A stretch of 64,000 nucleotides of DNA from Azolla caroliniana. Lineage: Eukaryota; Plantae; Polypodiophyta. This document shows, piece after piece, positions 44,607 to 58,841 of this stretch. Within the stretch, counting starts at the first letter, position 1; each line of letters begins with the position of its first letter. The notes under the pieces were generated by a model. That model was not told the origin of the DNA. It was given only the letters and a program-made list of their open reading frames with translations, and searched no databases. The translations under genes and the position numbers were made by a program. The stretch is from contig JBHGNT010000009.1 in the NCBI GenBank assembly GCA_043228905.1, forward strand, positions 3,472,001-3,536,000. Direction: 5' to 3'.

Positions 44607-45603
44607 TTCTTGACATTGATCCCGATCATGTTGAGCTTGCACGCTCAACAAAGGGTGATTTGGAAGAGCCGAATCACATGAAGGCCAAGCAAACAAGGAA
44701 GCAGCCAAAGCCGACGTCGATACCGAGGAGCCGATGGGTCGAGGCGCACCAATACTACAACAATGAGGGAGATGACAAGGGCCTGAGTAGCATACAAGCC
44801 GATCGAGCAGGTCGAGGAGCACAAAACCAGAGGGGTCTAAAACCGTTGGACCAGAGGGGTCATAGAACATGAGCCCAATTCAGTCGAAGAGGGGGATTCA
44901 AAAGAGCTGAATCGCATGAAGGCCAAGAGGACAAGGAGCCAGTCGAATACGACGAGTCAAGGGGCACCAATACTACAACAGGGAGGGAGCTAACAAGGGC
45001 CTGGGTAGAAGACAAGTCGACCGAGCAGGTTGAGGAGTGCAGAACCGGAGGGGTCGAGAAGTGTTGGACCAGAGGGGTCATAGAACGCAGGACCGGACCA
45101 GACAAGGAGCACGAGCGAGGCGTTGGGACGCCAAGAGAAGTTGGAACGATGAACCAACCAGAGTTGACACAGCGGGAACTCAAGTTGAGCTTGAGGGGGG
45201 GTGTTGAGAGACCAGCTCAACATGGCCGAATCAGTTGAATAAGTTGAAAGCTGAATTGGTTGGTAAACTGAATCAATTCGCCGTTAGGAGCCTATAATCC
45301 TATTTTAGTAAATAGGAATATTATAGGCAGAGTTAGTGTCAAGCTCATTTATGAGCATTAAAGTATTGATAGTACTTCTGTCAGCCTACTCTCATGGCTT
45401 GTATATAAAGTGCACTCTAAGCACTCTTGTATGTGCAGAGAGTATTTTGTAATATAATGTTGTTGTTGTCTACTCTGTCTCTGTCTCTGTCTCTGTCTCA
45501 CTGTGTATCCATTCTCTGTGTTTACCTAATTGTCAAATTTTCGAATAACCAAATATGTACTCTGTGTCTTATGCTTACGCTTCCGCTCACACATATTTTT
45601 ACA
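44607..45603 (+). mobile_element. 3' end of Copia B3: 3' UTR with a ~240-bp imperfect duplication, PPT and 3' LTR
   Basis: TTGAGGGGGGG followed by TGTTGAG at 45202; LTR end uncertain (45603 or 45614); repeat units start at about 44665 and 44903. Confidence 0.7.
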
Positions 45604-45957
45604 AGCGGAAACCATATGAATTACTTCCGAACACCTTGAGGTGCAACATGATCGGCTTCCTTCCGACGAGGAGCTCATATGGAGTTAGCTCATGCAATCC
45701 ATTAGTGGTGCACTAGTTCATGAGATAGACGGTCGTGGATGCCGCTTCGGCCCAATAGAAATTCAGCATGTCCTTCTCATGTATCATGGCGTGTGCTACC
45801 TCGAGTATTTGCCGATTTTTCCTTTCAACTACTCCATTTTGTTGGGGTGTGTGTCAGCACGAGAATTCTCTTCAAATGCCTTCACTTTGGAGGTAGGAGG
45901 TGAATTCATCAAAGAAGTATGCCTTTCCTCCGTCAAATCGTAGGCATCGAATGTGCC
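45604..45957 (-). pseudogene. pol: Copia B2 integrase core fragment
   Basis: HIRCLRFDGG...TPQQNGVVERKN...FYWAEAAST...HLKVFG. Confidence 0.85.
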
Positions 45958-46216
45958 TGTTGTCCATAGGCCAAAAATATAAATAGATCATATGTAAACT
46001 CGCCGATAGGTAGAAAAGTAGGTGAAGAAATAGGTAGAACTAGAAATAGTCGAGCTTTTAGCCCTCACAATCAGTCGATGGCTCGGCTCTGTCTAAGGAA
46101 GAAAACTATATAAACCGAAATATGCATACCTCAGAAGGGGAGAGATAGATTATTTTAGCAAGATTACTATGGTAGCACCGAGCTCTACAAAACTATTTCC
46201 AGCCAAGAGCCGTGTA

Positions 46217-47271
46217 CTACTTCGCCAAGTTCCGAAGCATGAACTACTCCGCCAGTTCTTTTCCATGAGCCAAGAACCTCACGAGACGGTCGCCCAGTTC
46301 ACGATCTGGTTTCAAGATCTCTACCGACAACTGGCTGACGATGTCTCCGCTCATCACATTCCGGATACCTTTTTGTCCAGCCTACGGGAGCCTCTACGGA
46401 CGACTCTCGCACTTACCAATTTCTCTAACCAGACAATCGAGCAAGTGATCGCACGCGTCCTCACCATCGATAGGACACAACATAACACGACTTTCTCCAT
46501 GGGCTCTTTGCAAAGCACCCTTCCTCAGGAGGACAACCGGTTCTGGCAAGCCCTCCAATGCAGAGCTTGCTCGGGCTCAGGCCATTTGGCTCTCAAGTGC
46601 CCTCACCGGCCACATTGTCCAATCTGTCAGTCCCGATCCCACACGGTCGATCAATGCGAATACAACATGCTCAACCACACAACGACGGCTCCGGTTCGCC
46701 AGATAGAGCCTCGAAATACATACTCACGACAGGACGAACGTCAGTCATACCGACATCGGGGAAATGAGCAACCACAATCCTCGGATCACTAGCGCCGCGA
46801 TGACGACTATCGCCAAAACGATGACCGTTATTACCACGACAATTGCAGGAGATCAGACGACCGCCGTGACCAATACCATGATGACCAATATAGAGCAAAC
46901 GATGAGTATGATCGGTATGATGACGACCGGGATGACCGGTACGATCAACGGTATTCATGCAACGATAGATGAAACTCTTACAAAGGTTCGCAGAACCAAC
47001 GACAGCATAACGACAACCGTCGTCGGGACCCTCCTCCAAACGGACCACACAACTCTCTTCCCCATGACGCGTCACGAGCCAACACGCCTACACAAGCGGT
47101 TGGGAACCACTCACACCTTCTCCCACACATGGAGCGCGGTGACACTAGCAACTCAGCATCGATTACCTGCTTTAAGTGTAACCAACCCGGCCACTACGTT
47201 ATCCAATGCCCAACCACGGACCGCAGCAAGGCCCTGGCCGTGAATACTATTATGGCTGATGTTCAACACGT
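46217..47271 (+). pseudogene. gag: F2 gag (continues at 53811)
   Basis: QEPHETVAQF; three CX2CX4HX4C knuckles; ...ADVQHV|TTRSK rejoins across E4. Confidence 0.82.
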
Positions 47272-47441
47272 TGTCGCGTTGTTATGCACGTGCGTGCGGA
47301 AGGAGGTGGGACCACGGGGCCCTGGACCGAGAAATAACCGAATGAGAAGAGGGGAAGGAAACTACTGATGTACTTCACACGCGCACAGGCACACAGATTC
47401 ACAGGAGTTGCAACTAACTCTGAACAATGGAGACAGAACGA

Positions 47442-47491
<50 letters not shown>

Positions 47492-50400
47492 AGGGGTTAC
47501 AACCGGCAAGCCGGCAAGTGATAGGCTCTGACGCCTGCACACACACACAGAGAACGCGAGATGGAGACTCTACCGGAAGCACTCGGGCGTTCCGCAGAGC
47601 AGAGTCAGCCTCCCGAAAACCTACACAAAATGACTATGGAGAAGACAGAGGAGAAGAGCTCGGTTTCAGTCCGGCAGCACTTCATCCTCCACAAAACGCA
47701 ATACCCCCTTTACAATACCTCTCCCTCTCTTTTATAGCCCAAGGAGGGAGGCCGTTACCACCGGTTACATCATGTTTATTCCATGTCCTTTCGGACAGGG
47801 ATACGCCTCGATTTTCTCCCTAATGAATGCGTGCTACCTAGGATTTCACCTCAGCCGACTTGTACCTATCTACGTACCATACAACAAAACTTGTGCCCAC
47901 GTGTAAGGGCCGATTTACGCACGTTATACCCAGTTTCCGCCTAGGGATGGTTTTCTCCACGACATCTGCCCCCACCTAACCGCGCATCCACCGGTATGAA
48001 CCAAAATTAGACTCTTGCCGGAGAAGACCGGCCCACGCTTATCCTTCGTCTACCGGATCGACATCCGTTCCGAGCCGGTCGTTGTCGTCATCCAAGTCGT
48101 CTGAGTCCGGCTCAGCCTCGTGCCGCTTTTTGAATGCTTTGATCCTTTTCCCCGCCACCGGTACAACCATCCTTGTCCCGTCGAGCTCCGCGAGATGGTA
48201 GGTCCCATTGTCGTTGGCGCTAGTCACCACATAAGGCCCGAACCACCTTCTTGCAAACTTACGCACCGCCTTGTGCTAATTGTCGAGGTTGTTGTCGTAC
48301 CCCAGCACCCAGTCACATTCCTCGATCTTCCTCGGCCTCAGTCGGTGAGTACGGTCGAATTGACCTTTGTTCTTTTCTCGTGCTGTACGCAGCCTTTCCT
48401 TCGTCCGCTCCACGTCTTTCGTTCTTCGCTCGAGTTGCCGGATCCTTGTTGCCAACAACTCATCCCAGCTCATCTTGTCCTTCCAGTCCATCGCAGCCCA
48501 CGAAGTGATCGTATTCTCCACCGACATGATCGGCTTCTGCTCATACATCAGCTCCGCTGGCATGAACCCCGTCACTGAACTGTGCGTAGTTCGATCCGCC
48601 CATAGTGCGTAGGGAAGGAGTCGCAGCCAATTCCCGACCTGTCCTTCACATGCACGTACTAACGCCTTCACAATGGGCCCGTGACCACGCTCTACCTTCC
48701 TGTTGGCCTCCAGATTGTACGCCGTAGTGAGGGAGAGTTTAACCCCCAGTCGGTCAAACAGCTCGTCAACCTCTTACACGTTTCGTTCTCCACGGTCGGC
48801 CACAATCTTTCCCACGCACCCGTACCGGCACACCACTTCTTCGATCAGAAATCGGCACATGGCCGCGGTCGTTTTGTTCTGCAACGCTCGGACTTCCATC
48901 TGGTTCGTCAGGTCCTCCCTAGCCAGCACCAGATATCGCATCTGTCCTACCCCCATCGGCATAGTCACCAGATCCATCATGCACTTGAAGTGGACGGTCG
49001 GAGGGTAGGTCGGGTGAAGCTCGTCCCGATGTCGGACTATGGAGTGCACCTGACAGCTTTCGCAAGTCGTCACGAACCGATGCACGTCCCGCAGTGTCCG
49101 GCCTAGGGACTCTCGTGTTATGCCGTCAGCAATTCTTCCTGTTCCTCTTTCCTCGCCATCACACAGAGCGGGATGTCGTTTCTCTTCTTCGGGTGCTTCC
49201 ATATGCTCCCGTCCCGTAGGAAGAATCAGTACGCTTTCTTCAGAATCCGGTTGGTCTCTTCCTTCGTCCACGTCATGTCCAGTGTCATTGTCTTCAGGAA
49301 CCCGCCGATCTGGAGCCACTCCCCGTCGTACTTCCTCTCGTCGAATTCATTAAGCGCCGGAGTGCTCCCCTTTCTTGTTCTTACGTAAGCCGCCTCGAAG
49401 AAGTCCATGCCGACTTCCTCGTCCTCCGAAACCATGATGTCCTCGTCATCGAACCTCGCTCTCGAAAGCATGTCGGCCATGGCATTGTCTTTTCCGGAAA
49501 TGTGTCGTATTTCCAGATTTAGGGACTTGATGTACGCAATCCACCTGAGCATCGCCAGGTCCGGAGTCGCGCAACTGGAAACCATACCCAGAATCGGTAG
49601 GCAGTCCGTCTCGATCATCACTTCCGTCTCGATCAGATAGTCCTTGTCGGCCTTGACTGCCAAAACGATACCCCATAGCTCGCGCTTAATTTGGGTGTAT
49701 CCTCGATGCCGCTCGCTCAATACCTTTGCCCCGAACCGGATCGGGAACCATACGCCGTCCTCGTCTTCCTGATTCATCACCCACCCGATCCCAGTCGGGC
49801 TCGTGTCCACTGTCACGTAAATGGGGTCTTCCTTGCTGTAAACCGCTCTCCGGAGAGTCGGTGCCACAGCGAACGCCTCCTTCAGTCTCCGGACCGACTC
49901 TGTGTGCTCCGTCCTCCATTCGAAATGGCGCCCTTTCTTTAATAACCCATAAAGCGGCTCCGCGACATGCGCATAGTGCGGAATCCAGATGTGATAGAAC
50001 GCACATGCCCCCAGGATCCTTCGGACCTCCGTGACCGACCTGCAATCATCCTTCATCGCGGAGATGGCTTCTACCTTCGCCGGGGACGGCTTCCGGCCGT
50101 AAGGCTCGCACAGGTGTCCGACTACCAGGATCTCCGGCTGTCTGAAGGCTGATTTTTCTCCAGAGAAGTTGAGTCGCACGCTCTCGAGTCTTTGTAGCAC
50201 CTTCTCGCAGTCGCGGATGTGATCCGTCACGAACTTCTGGCAACCGTCGGGCCCGACCAACTCGTCCTTCTCCTCCACCAGACATCCTTTGATCGGGATG
50301 TCGTCCAGAAATGGCATAGTCATGTCCAGGATGCAGTCCCTCAACACTTTGTTCATCGCATTCACCATGTGCGCCACCGAGTTCGTTCCCCCTTGCGGTA

Positions 50401-53400
50401 GGGTACACATCCGAACTAGGCTGAGAGGAGTCTGCATCGTCGTGACATGCCTGCTCTCTACGGCTAGTTGGAACTGATCGTAAGTACAGATCCCTGACCG
50501 AGTAGATTGACCTCCCTGCGAAGGCCTCCTTGAACTCATCAATGGTCGGTTCGATATCTGCGTTTCAAATGGTCACCTTGTTGACCAGCTGCAGGTCCTG
50601 TATGAAGCGCAGTGTGCCGTTCTTCTTCGGCACAGTAAACCACCGATTTGAATATGGGGCACTCGACGGTTCGAGGATACCCATCTCCACCTTTTGTTTC
50701 AGCAGCTCCATCAGCTTCGGGATGTGCGCTCTGGGTACCGGAATCAGTTTGAGATTCCACGGCACATGCGGTACCGTGAAGATCACCATTGGTTCCACAA
50801 CCGTCGGGTCTACGCACCCGATCTTGTCCGGTGAGAATGCGAAAGCCTTCCCGTGCCTCCTGAGCATTCTCCGAAACCGGTCCTCTTCCGCCGGCAGTAG
50901 AAAGCCAACCCCACCGATCTTGAGCTCCCGTAGCGTTATGTCGGTGAACATGTGTCCTATGCTGGCTGGATCTTGTAAACTTGGGTCCGACGTGACCCCC
51001 TTTATCCGTAACTCGTTGCCCTCCGGCAAGGGTGCCGCGACTGGCCTCATCTTCCGGTCCACAGTCTTGTACTTCGTATCCACTCAGGCCGTCCAATCCA
51101 ACTCAAGTCCATTACCGAAGTCGGCGATGACTTCGTACATCCTTTCCGAACATACCGGAATCGTCCGGTCCTCATTAAGGCCTTCTCCGAACACCTCCCG
51201 TAACTTCCCCAAGGTGTCGTTGAAAGAGACCGCCTCCACGGCTCCGTTGATTTCCTCTTCAGGGCCGAGGACTCCGCATGCCCGAAGTCGTTCCTCCGCC
51301 CGCTTCTTTTCCCGGCCAACTACGCCGGCTATCGTACAACCTCCGCTATTGGAGAACCAAAATTTCCTACCTATGGTGCAAGTCTTTTTGTCTATAGTAC
51401 ATCTATGGGGGATTTCCGAGGTGTCCGAACTATCGCGGCCCCACGCCTTGATAGCCCTCTCTAAAAATTCCCTCGGTTTTCGCCACCGAGGGTCTCGCGG
51501 TTACGCTCATGGTTCGATCGCACCGTCAAGAACTGGACCGAGTGACGCCCATCCTAGCTCTTGACTCGTGCATATGCCGAACCATTGTCCAGCACCTTTG
51601 TCTCCATCCGTGCCACCGTGATGTACAGTTCCCCGAGTATAACCGGATGTGAGGACATCTCCTGCACGAAGAAGTGTTGATCGATCTCGACATCGCCGAT
51701 TTTCACTCATACATTCGGGCAGGCTCCATGCAACTCTTCCGTGGCACGCGTTGCTACCCGTACTTGGTGTTGATCGGCCACTGCCCCTTCTTGTAGAAGT
51801 TCATGGACATCAAGTTGATTTCTGAACCGTGGTCCACCAACGCCACCACCGGCTCCTGAACATCTCCGATCTTAACGGGGGTCTCCATGCTTGCTCTGGC
51901 CCAATTTGGCCTTGAATAGTGGCTCTCCGCCAACTCATCTTCTAGAGCCATGTCTTCTAGGTGCGTCGTTCGCACCTCCACCAGCTTCCTTCATCTTCTG
52001 GACTTCATCACTTCCAACCCGGATTCCAGCCAACGCCGAGTAGTGGACGGTCTCCACGTGGCGAGCCGCCGCGTCTTCCATCAATCGTTTCATACCCCCT
52101 CGTCCGACATTCAGATCTAGGGCCCTTCGGGTCTCACTAGCGTGTAGCCGACCATTCCATAAGTACACCACGTTAGCTCTTATCGCTTCGGCGAGGTCCC
52201 CGTAGTCCTTTCAGGCGTGGCCGACCGCATCGCACCACAAGCATTAGTTCCCAGCCAGAGGCCTTCGGTCACGGACTTGTTCGCCGCCGTCCCTCCTTGC
52301 TTGTGCAATCTGGAAGGTCCCTCACCATCTGAATCAGCTCCTCCAGAGCCGCTCCTCCGGACGAGCCTTTGACCATGTTGGTCGAAGTCGAGCCGATCTC
52401 GAGCCAGTCTCGGGTCTCTTCCCTTCGCGCCGGTGGGGGTACCTCGACCTTCCTTGTCGCAACAGAACCCGCCCTCATCAAGCCTTTATTGACCCACTCA
52501 CGCCGTTTGTCAAAACGGCCGCAGACTCTCTTTACCACGGCCCAATCAGTTGTTAGGCCGTCATCGGTCTCCAGCAGGAAGCCCACTTGCTCCCGGTCCC
52601 TTACGTCCACCGATTTAACGAACAGTAGGACACGACTTGTGTCCAGTACGGTCCGGTCCAACGCCAAAAGACGTGCGAAGCGTTCTTCAAACTCCCGGAG
52701 CACCGACGCGTTTCTCCCCTTTTCGGGGATCTCCACCCATTCCATGAAGTCCCGCTTCGATAGCCGAAGCGCATCATCAAGCCCGTATTTTTCAAGGAGC
52801 CGACCTTCAAACTCTTCCCAAGTCCGACTCTCAGCCTGTACCTCAAGCACCTCCGCGTGGATGCCTGGCATCGCCACCTGAGGGAATCCGGCCAGTCGCC
52901 TGTCCTCCGAGATGTCCCTCATCACCATTTCGGCTCGGTAAGCCTCCAAATAGCTCATGGCGTCCTTCCCACCGAGCCGGCCTATCGTGCCGACGACTAC
53001 TTCAATAGCCCTATCAAGGGCGCTTGTCCTGTGCCTTCGCCCGCACTCACTATCCGATCCACATCCGAAGCCATGGCTTCTGCAAGATCCGACCCTCTCA
53101 TCTTTCTATTCCTCTGCCGTTTGTTCACGTCGGGTTCACCAAATATGTCGCGTTGTTACGCGCGTGCGTGGGGAACAAGGTGGGACCATGGGGCCATGGA
53201 CCGAGAAATAACCGAATGAGAAGAGGGGAAGGAAACTACCGATGTACTTCACACGTGCACAGGCACACAGATTCACAAGAGTTGCAACTAACTCTGAACA
53301 ATGGAGATAGAATGAATGTATATGTATATATAAATAAAGGGGTTACAACTGGCAAGCCGGTGAGTGATAGGCTCCGATGCCTGCACACACACACATCGAA

Positions 53401-53810
53401 CGCAAGATGGAGACTCTACCGGAAGCACTCGAGCGTTCTGCGGAGCAGAGTCAACCTCCCGAAAACCTGCACAGAACGACTATGGAGACGACAGAGGAGA
53501 AGAGCTCGGTTTCAGTCCAGCAGCACTTCGTCCTCCACAAAACGCAATAACCCCTTTACAATACCTCTCGCTCTCTTTTGTAGCCCAAGGAGGGAGGCCG
53601 TTACCACCTGTTACATCATGTTTATTCCTTGTCCTTTCGGATAGGGATACACCTCGATTTTCTCCCTAATGAATGCGTGCTACCTAGGATATCACCTCAG
53701 CCGACTTGTACCTATCTACGTACTATACAACAAAACTTGTGCCCACGTGTAAGGGCCGGTTTACGCACGTTATACCTGGTTTCCGCCTAGGGACGGTTTT
53801 CTCCACGACA
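47272..53810 (-). mobile_element. Family C Gypsy element E4, near full-length but degenerate
   Basis: LTRs 47272-47964 and 53146-53810; perfect TSD ACGT; PBS-Trp 53124-53141; gag 52269-52958, PR about 51460-51980, RT/RNase H 49226-51083, integrase 48039-49319. Confidence 0.93.
47445..47489. repeat. (TA)n microsatellite in the E4 3' LTR
   Basis: Direct inspection; short and interrupted in the 5' LTR (about 53318-53335). Confidence 0.92.
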
Positions 53811-56800
53811 ACGTCACTACACGCAGCAAATCCCAAACCATCCAATGGCAGGAACAAGACGACATCCGACAAGCAGCCAAGGAATGGATTGACACCGCTA
53901 ACAAAAGCAACGTGGAGCGGATGCACACAGAGATGCAGGACGTGACCATCAGAGAACCACAGTCCACAGGACCATCCACCGCGGCAGAAGATGACCATCT
54001 GTGGGAAGTCCTTACCAGTTCTCGGATCTCGCTGCCATTACATAAGCTTTTACCGCTTATGTCACGCTTCCAGGAGACCTTGGCTTCGCTCATGACTAAA
54101 GACAATCGGTTGCACCCCCTGTTAACCTGACAGAGCCAGGGATGGGCCCACCCATTATGGATTCCCAAAATCCAGCCGTGAAAATCATGATTAAAGGACC
54201 CGACCTTCATGAATGCATAATCGACGGTGGCTCCGGCGTGAATGTCATCAGCGAGGCCACATGTCACACACTCGGCCTAAACCAATGGGAACCCTTCCCC
54301 CTTTGGCTTCGGATGGCCGATACGCGATCGGTTCACCCCATCGAGTTAATCCACCACCTTGATTTTACGTTAGGCGGCCACATGTTCACTATCTCGGCAG
54401 TCGTGTTACGCCCCAAAGCTCTGGGCGCTTACCCAATGCTGCTTGGCCGACCCTGGCTGCGCACAACAAATATTAAACAACATTAGCAGCAGAATATGAT
54501 CTCTTTCCATTGGGGGAAGACCAAGGTATGGGTAATAACCGAAGAACGCCTAACCACGCCCCACAATACCACTTCCTGGAAGATCATCCCACTATCATAC
54601 CCCTCTTCGAAATAAATGCCATCTCGGGCTTCGGCACACCACTGGATGAGGATGTCACGACAGATTCACTTCCCTACGACGAGGCCGATTCCACAACTAT
54701 CACGGAATTACGACAACCTCAGGATGCATTTGAACGAGAACTCGCCATCTCCCAGCGAGTCAAAGCATCAACGCTCGAGTCATTAAAGCTCAGCTTCAAC
54801 GAGAACCCACGTACACTACATATCGCTAACGACTTACCAGCCGATGGAGTATCAGGATGTATTTGCATGGTCTTACACTGATATGAAGGGATTGGATCCC
54901 CAATATTACCAACACCAAGTACGCCTCCTGCCTAACACTTGGCCGGTCCAACAACGACGGTACCGTATGAACCCCAACTACGCGGCTAAGGTCAAAGAGG
55001 AAATCGACAAACTCCTTCGAGTAGGTTTTATGTGCCCAGTAAAAAGAGCCACATGGTTAAGCCCAATCATAGTCGTCCCCAGGAAAAACAGGAAATTTTG
55101 CGTTTGCGTTGATTACTGCAAACTCAATGTCGCAACAGTCACGGATGGGTTTCCTCTCCCGTTCACGGATAGTGTCCTCAACACGGTGGCTGGTCATGAA
55201 TGCTACAGTTTCCTTGATAGGTTCAGTGGCTATAATCAAATCAGAATGCACCCGGACAATCGGGAGAAAACGGCGTTTGTCACGGAATGGGGTGTCTTCA
55301 TGGCCGAGGTAATGATGTTCGGATTAAAAATGGCACCGGCCACATTCCAACGCATCATCACAGAGATTTTCAACAAGTACATCCCGACGTTCATGCAAGT
55401 TTTCCTCGACAACTTTGCCGCGTATGGCCAGCAGTTGGAGCATATGACCCAGCTACGCCTCTGTCTCGAGCGATGTCGACAAGCTCGGTTGAGCTTAAAT
55501 TCGGCAAAATGCACGTTCTTGGTGACAAGCGGCAACCTGCTCGAACACATAGTCAACCAGGAAGGTATCGCCATGGACCCGGATAAAGTCCATGCCATTC
55601 TGAACGCTCCCGCGCCCTCTACCGCGAAGGCTCTCAGCCGATTCCTTGGCCAGATCAGATGGCATAGCCGGATGTTACGACACCTAGCCGATTTTGCGAC
55701 TCCATTGCACGTGGTTGTGCATAGACTCCCATTTCAGTGGTCTACAATAGAAGACGAGGCGTACCAAGCCTTGAAGTTAATGCTATCCCACACCCCTGTT
55801 GTACAACCACCAGTCTGGTTGGAACCTTTTCACGTCTTCGTAGACGCATCAGATATAGCCAACGGCAGCGCGCTCATGTAGCGCACACCACCAAATTAGT
55901 ACCGGCCAGTGTATTACATTAGCCGATGACTTTCGGTCGCGGAGAAGAACTACTCAATAACGGAACGTGAGGCCCTCGGTATGGTTTACAGCATCAACAA
56001 GTTCCGGCATTACCTCTTGGGCCGGAAATTTACATTCCACATCGATCACTCGGCTCTCCTCTACTTGGTTGATAAGCAAGCCCTCATAGGTCGCCTGGCC
56101 TGATGGATGCTCCTACTACAAGAGTTTGATTTTCAGATCCAGCACCGGCCCGGAGTCCAACACGTCGCAGCTAACTATCTGAGCCGCCTAGAGTCAGGAG
56201 AACCAGCCCAGTCCACGTATGATGATCTACCCGACGCCGCCCTTTTTAGTCTTGCCACAGTGTCAGAAGACAATGAAGATGATGTTAGGAAACAGGTCCC
56301 TCCGGATGGGAAGTGAGAAGAACAGTACTGATGAGCAAACTCGGCCGAGGCCGATAGGCCTCGACCGAAACCGGATGTGAAATACCCGGCTACGGAAGAC
56401 CCGGTGAGAACCGGATGAAGAGTACCCGACTACGGAAGACCCGGTGAGAACCGGATGAGGAGTACCCAGCAAGAGCCGGATGATGAAGGCCCGGTAAGAA
56501 GTGCTCACCGGATGAAGGGACATATTCGTAAATATGTTTTCTGAGAGTCCATCGGGGCTATATTTGTAAATAGCCGAAAAGTCATATTAGTATAAATATG
56601 ACTTAGGGCAAACTTAGAGGTGTAGAGTTGTTGTCATTCTTGTTGGCGCAAGATTAGAGCGCAACAGTGTACAGAGAGAGAGAGAGGGAGAGAGAGAAAG
56701 AGACGAAGAGTTCGTATCTCTGTTGTAACCGCCGACTATGGCGAAGATAGCAAGCTCGAGGTCGTTGCCTCAGTGCTCCACCATTGTACATTCTTATATA

Positions 56801-58330
56801 GTGATAGTTTGGAGTCTGTGGACTCCCGTGGTTTTTCCCTCTCAGGGTTTTCCACGTTAAACATCCTGTGTACTCTTCTCTCCTTTGTGTCGTGTCTTTC
56901 ATTCCCGTTTTCTGTGTTTGATTCTAAGCTCGGTTGTGGCCGAGCGGTGTTCATCGGAGCGTGTAGTTCCTATCAGATGAATGGATCACGGAGATGACCC
57001 ATTTCCTCAGCACCGGCCTTCCTCCCGACCACCTAACCCTCGACGCCCACAAACGACTAGTGGTCAGGAGCCGAAACTTTTGTCCGGTCTCCGACACCCT
57101 CTACCACAAAGGCTCAGACGGAATCTGGTGCCGGGCAACCCGTCAATTCGAGAAAAACGCAATCCTCCAGGAGGCCCATCACGGAATCGCGGGTGGACAT
57201 TACGCTGGAGAGGCCACGACAAGAAAAATATGGTAGAGTGGCTTATGGTGGCCTACAACAAAGAAAGATACTCATGAATTCTGTCGCCAGTGCGATTTGT
57301 GTCAACGCATGGGACAACCGACCGAGCAATCCCAGACGCCACACCAACCTATTCTCCCGTTGGAGCCATTTCAAAAGTGGGGGTTAGATTTTGTGGGACC
57401 TTTCAAACCAGTCACGGCTCGCACCAGTAACAAATACATAATCGTGGCCACGGACTATTGCACAAAATGGGTCGGGGTTAAGGCACTGCGGGACAACACA
57501 GTTGCATCCATGGCAAAATTCGTATACGAACATCTATAGTGCCGATATGGATGCCCAATGGAGCTCATTAGTGACCAAGGCGGGCATTTTATAAACCACA
57601 TAATTCACGAGCTCACTACACACTACGCGGTCGTACATAAGAAAAGTACACCGTACTATCCTCAAGCAAACGGATTGGCGGAATCTATGAATAAAATTTT
57701 GCAAACAATCCTGTAAAAGATCGTCAATGAGAACCGCACCGATTGGGATGACAAGCTCCAAAGCGCATTATGGGTGTATCGCACCACATTTAAAACTAGC
57801 ATTCAATCTACACCCTTTCGGATGGCCTTTGGTTTGGAAGCAGTCATGCCGATCGAGTTCCAAGTTTCGAGTCTCCGAGTCTCCGAGTTCAGGTTAAGGA
57901 AAGGCTACCCGAGGCCTAATCAGAGCAATATCGGCTCGAACAACTCCTTGAACTCGGCGAACATCGAGTGGCCAACATGGCTCAATTGGAACAACACCAA
58001 TGACAACGCAAAGCCTTCGTCGATTGTCACCGGAAAGGTACGGAGAAAACACTGACCATCGGTAAACCGGTACTGGTCTTCCAAACACGACTCGGTGCTA
58101 TGCCATGGAAATTACGATTCTGATGGACAGGCCCCTTCTGGATAATTGACGAGTTTAACGGCACATTCCAACTCGGGACACTTGCCGGAGACATCGTCAA
58201 AAGATGGGTAAATGGATTCCAACTTCGACCCTACCACGGGAATACCCTAGATAATCCCTTCGCCAAGTCCCACGGCACGGACCAGTTCACGAACGATGCC
58301 TCGAAGGAGACCGCATGTCCCCATCGGTAA
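53811..58330 (+). pseudogene. pol: F2 protease, RT, RNase H and integrase (degenerate)
   Basis: IIDGGSGVN, CVDYCKLN, FSGYNQI, FLDNF, FVDASD, GGHYAG, WGLDFVGP, ISDQG and GPF motifs with stops. Confidence 0.9.
56283..56975 (+). mobile_element. Solo LTR, Copia family A
   Basis: TGTTAGG...CCTATCA; perfect TSD GATGA (56278-56282, 56976-56980). Confidence 0.93.
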
Positions 58331-58841
58331 AATAAGGACCTACCCACCAAATGTATATAGTAGGAATGGTTTTTAGTAGAGTTAAATTAGCCTTACCTAA
58401 AACTACCTAACTAATCACCCCAAATCACGACATTTTCTTAGGCGCACCAACTAGTCACCTTCACTTTAAAATAGAATATTTAAGGAGCATGCACACCAGA
58501 CATAGCACTCCTGGAACGCGTGGCCATAATACCTTATTATGGCAGCCACAACCAAGAATCTAAAGGATCTTCTCCCTGCACAAAACCCTAGGCAGTCACA
58601 TAAAAGAAACTACCCCACACACAACGCGCCCATTCGCACAAAAGTGTTCTTGCCTTCACCGCCTTCAAGCTCCCAAGCTCTCTCTCATTCTAATCCCTCC
58701 TACAAATAGGCCTCCTCTCACCCTCGTAGCCCCTCAACAAAACAATGGTGTCCTCCCCAACCATATTCTTCCATCTCTCTGTCTCGCCCTCGTCTCTTCG
58801 CTTCCCCTCACGCCCCCTATCAGCAAACCTTCGAGTCCACC

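Noticed and set aside
50530-51564. Recurrent antisense ORFs opposite family C RT (also 32160-32924 and 20502-21262)
   Set aside because: Shadow frames of the conserved sense coding sequence; boundaries differ among copies.
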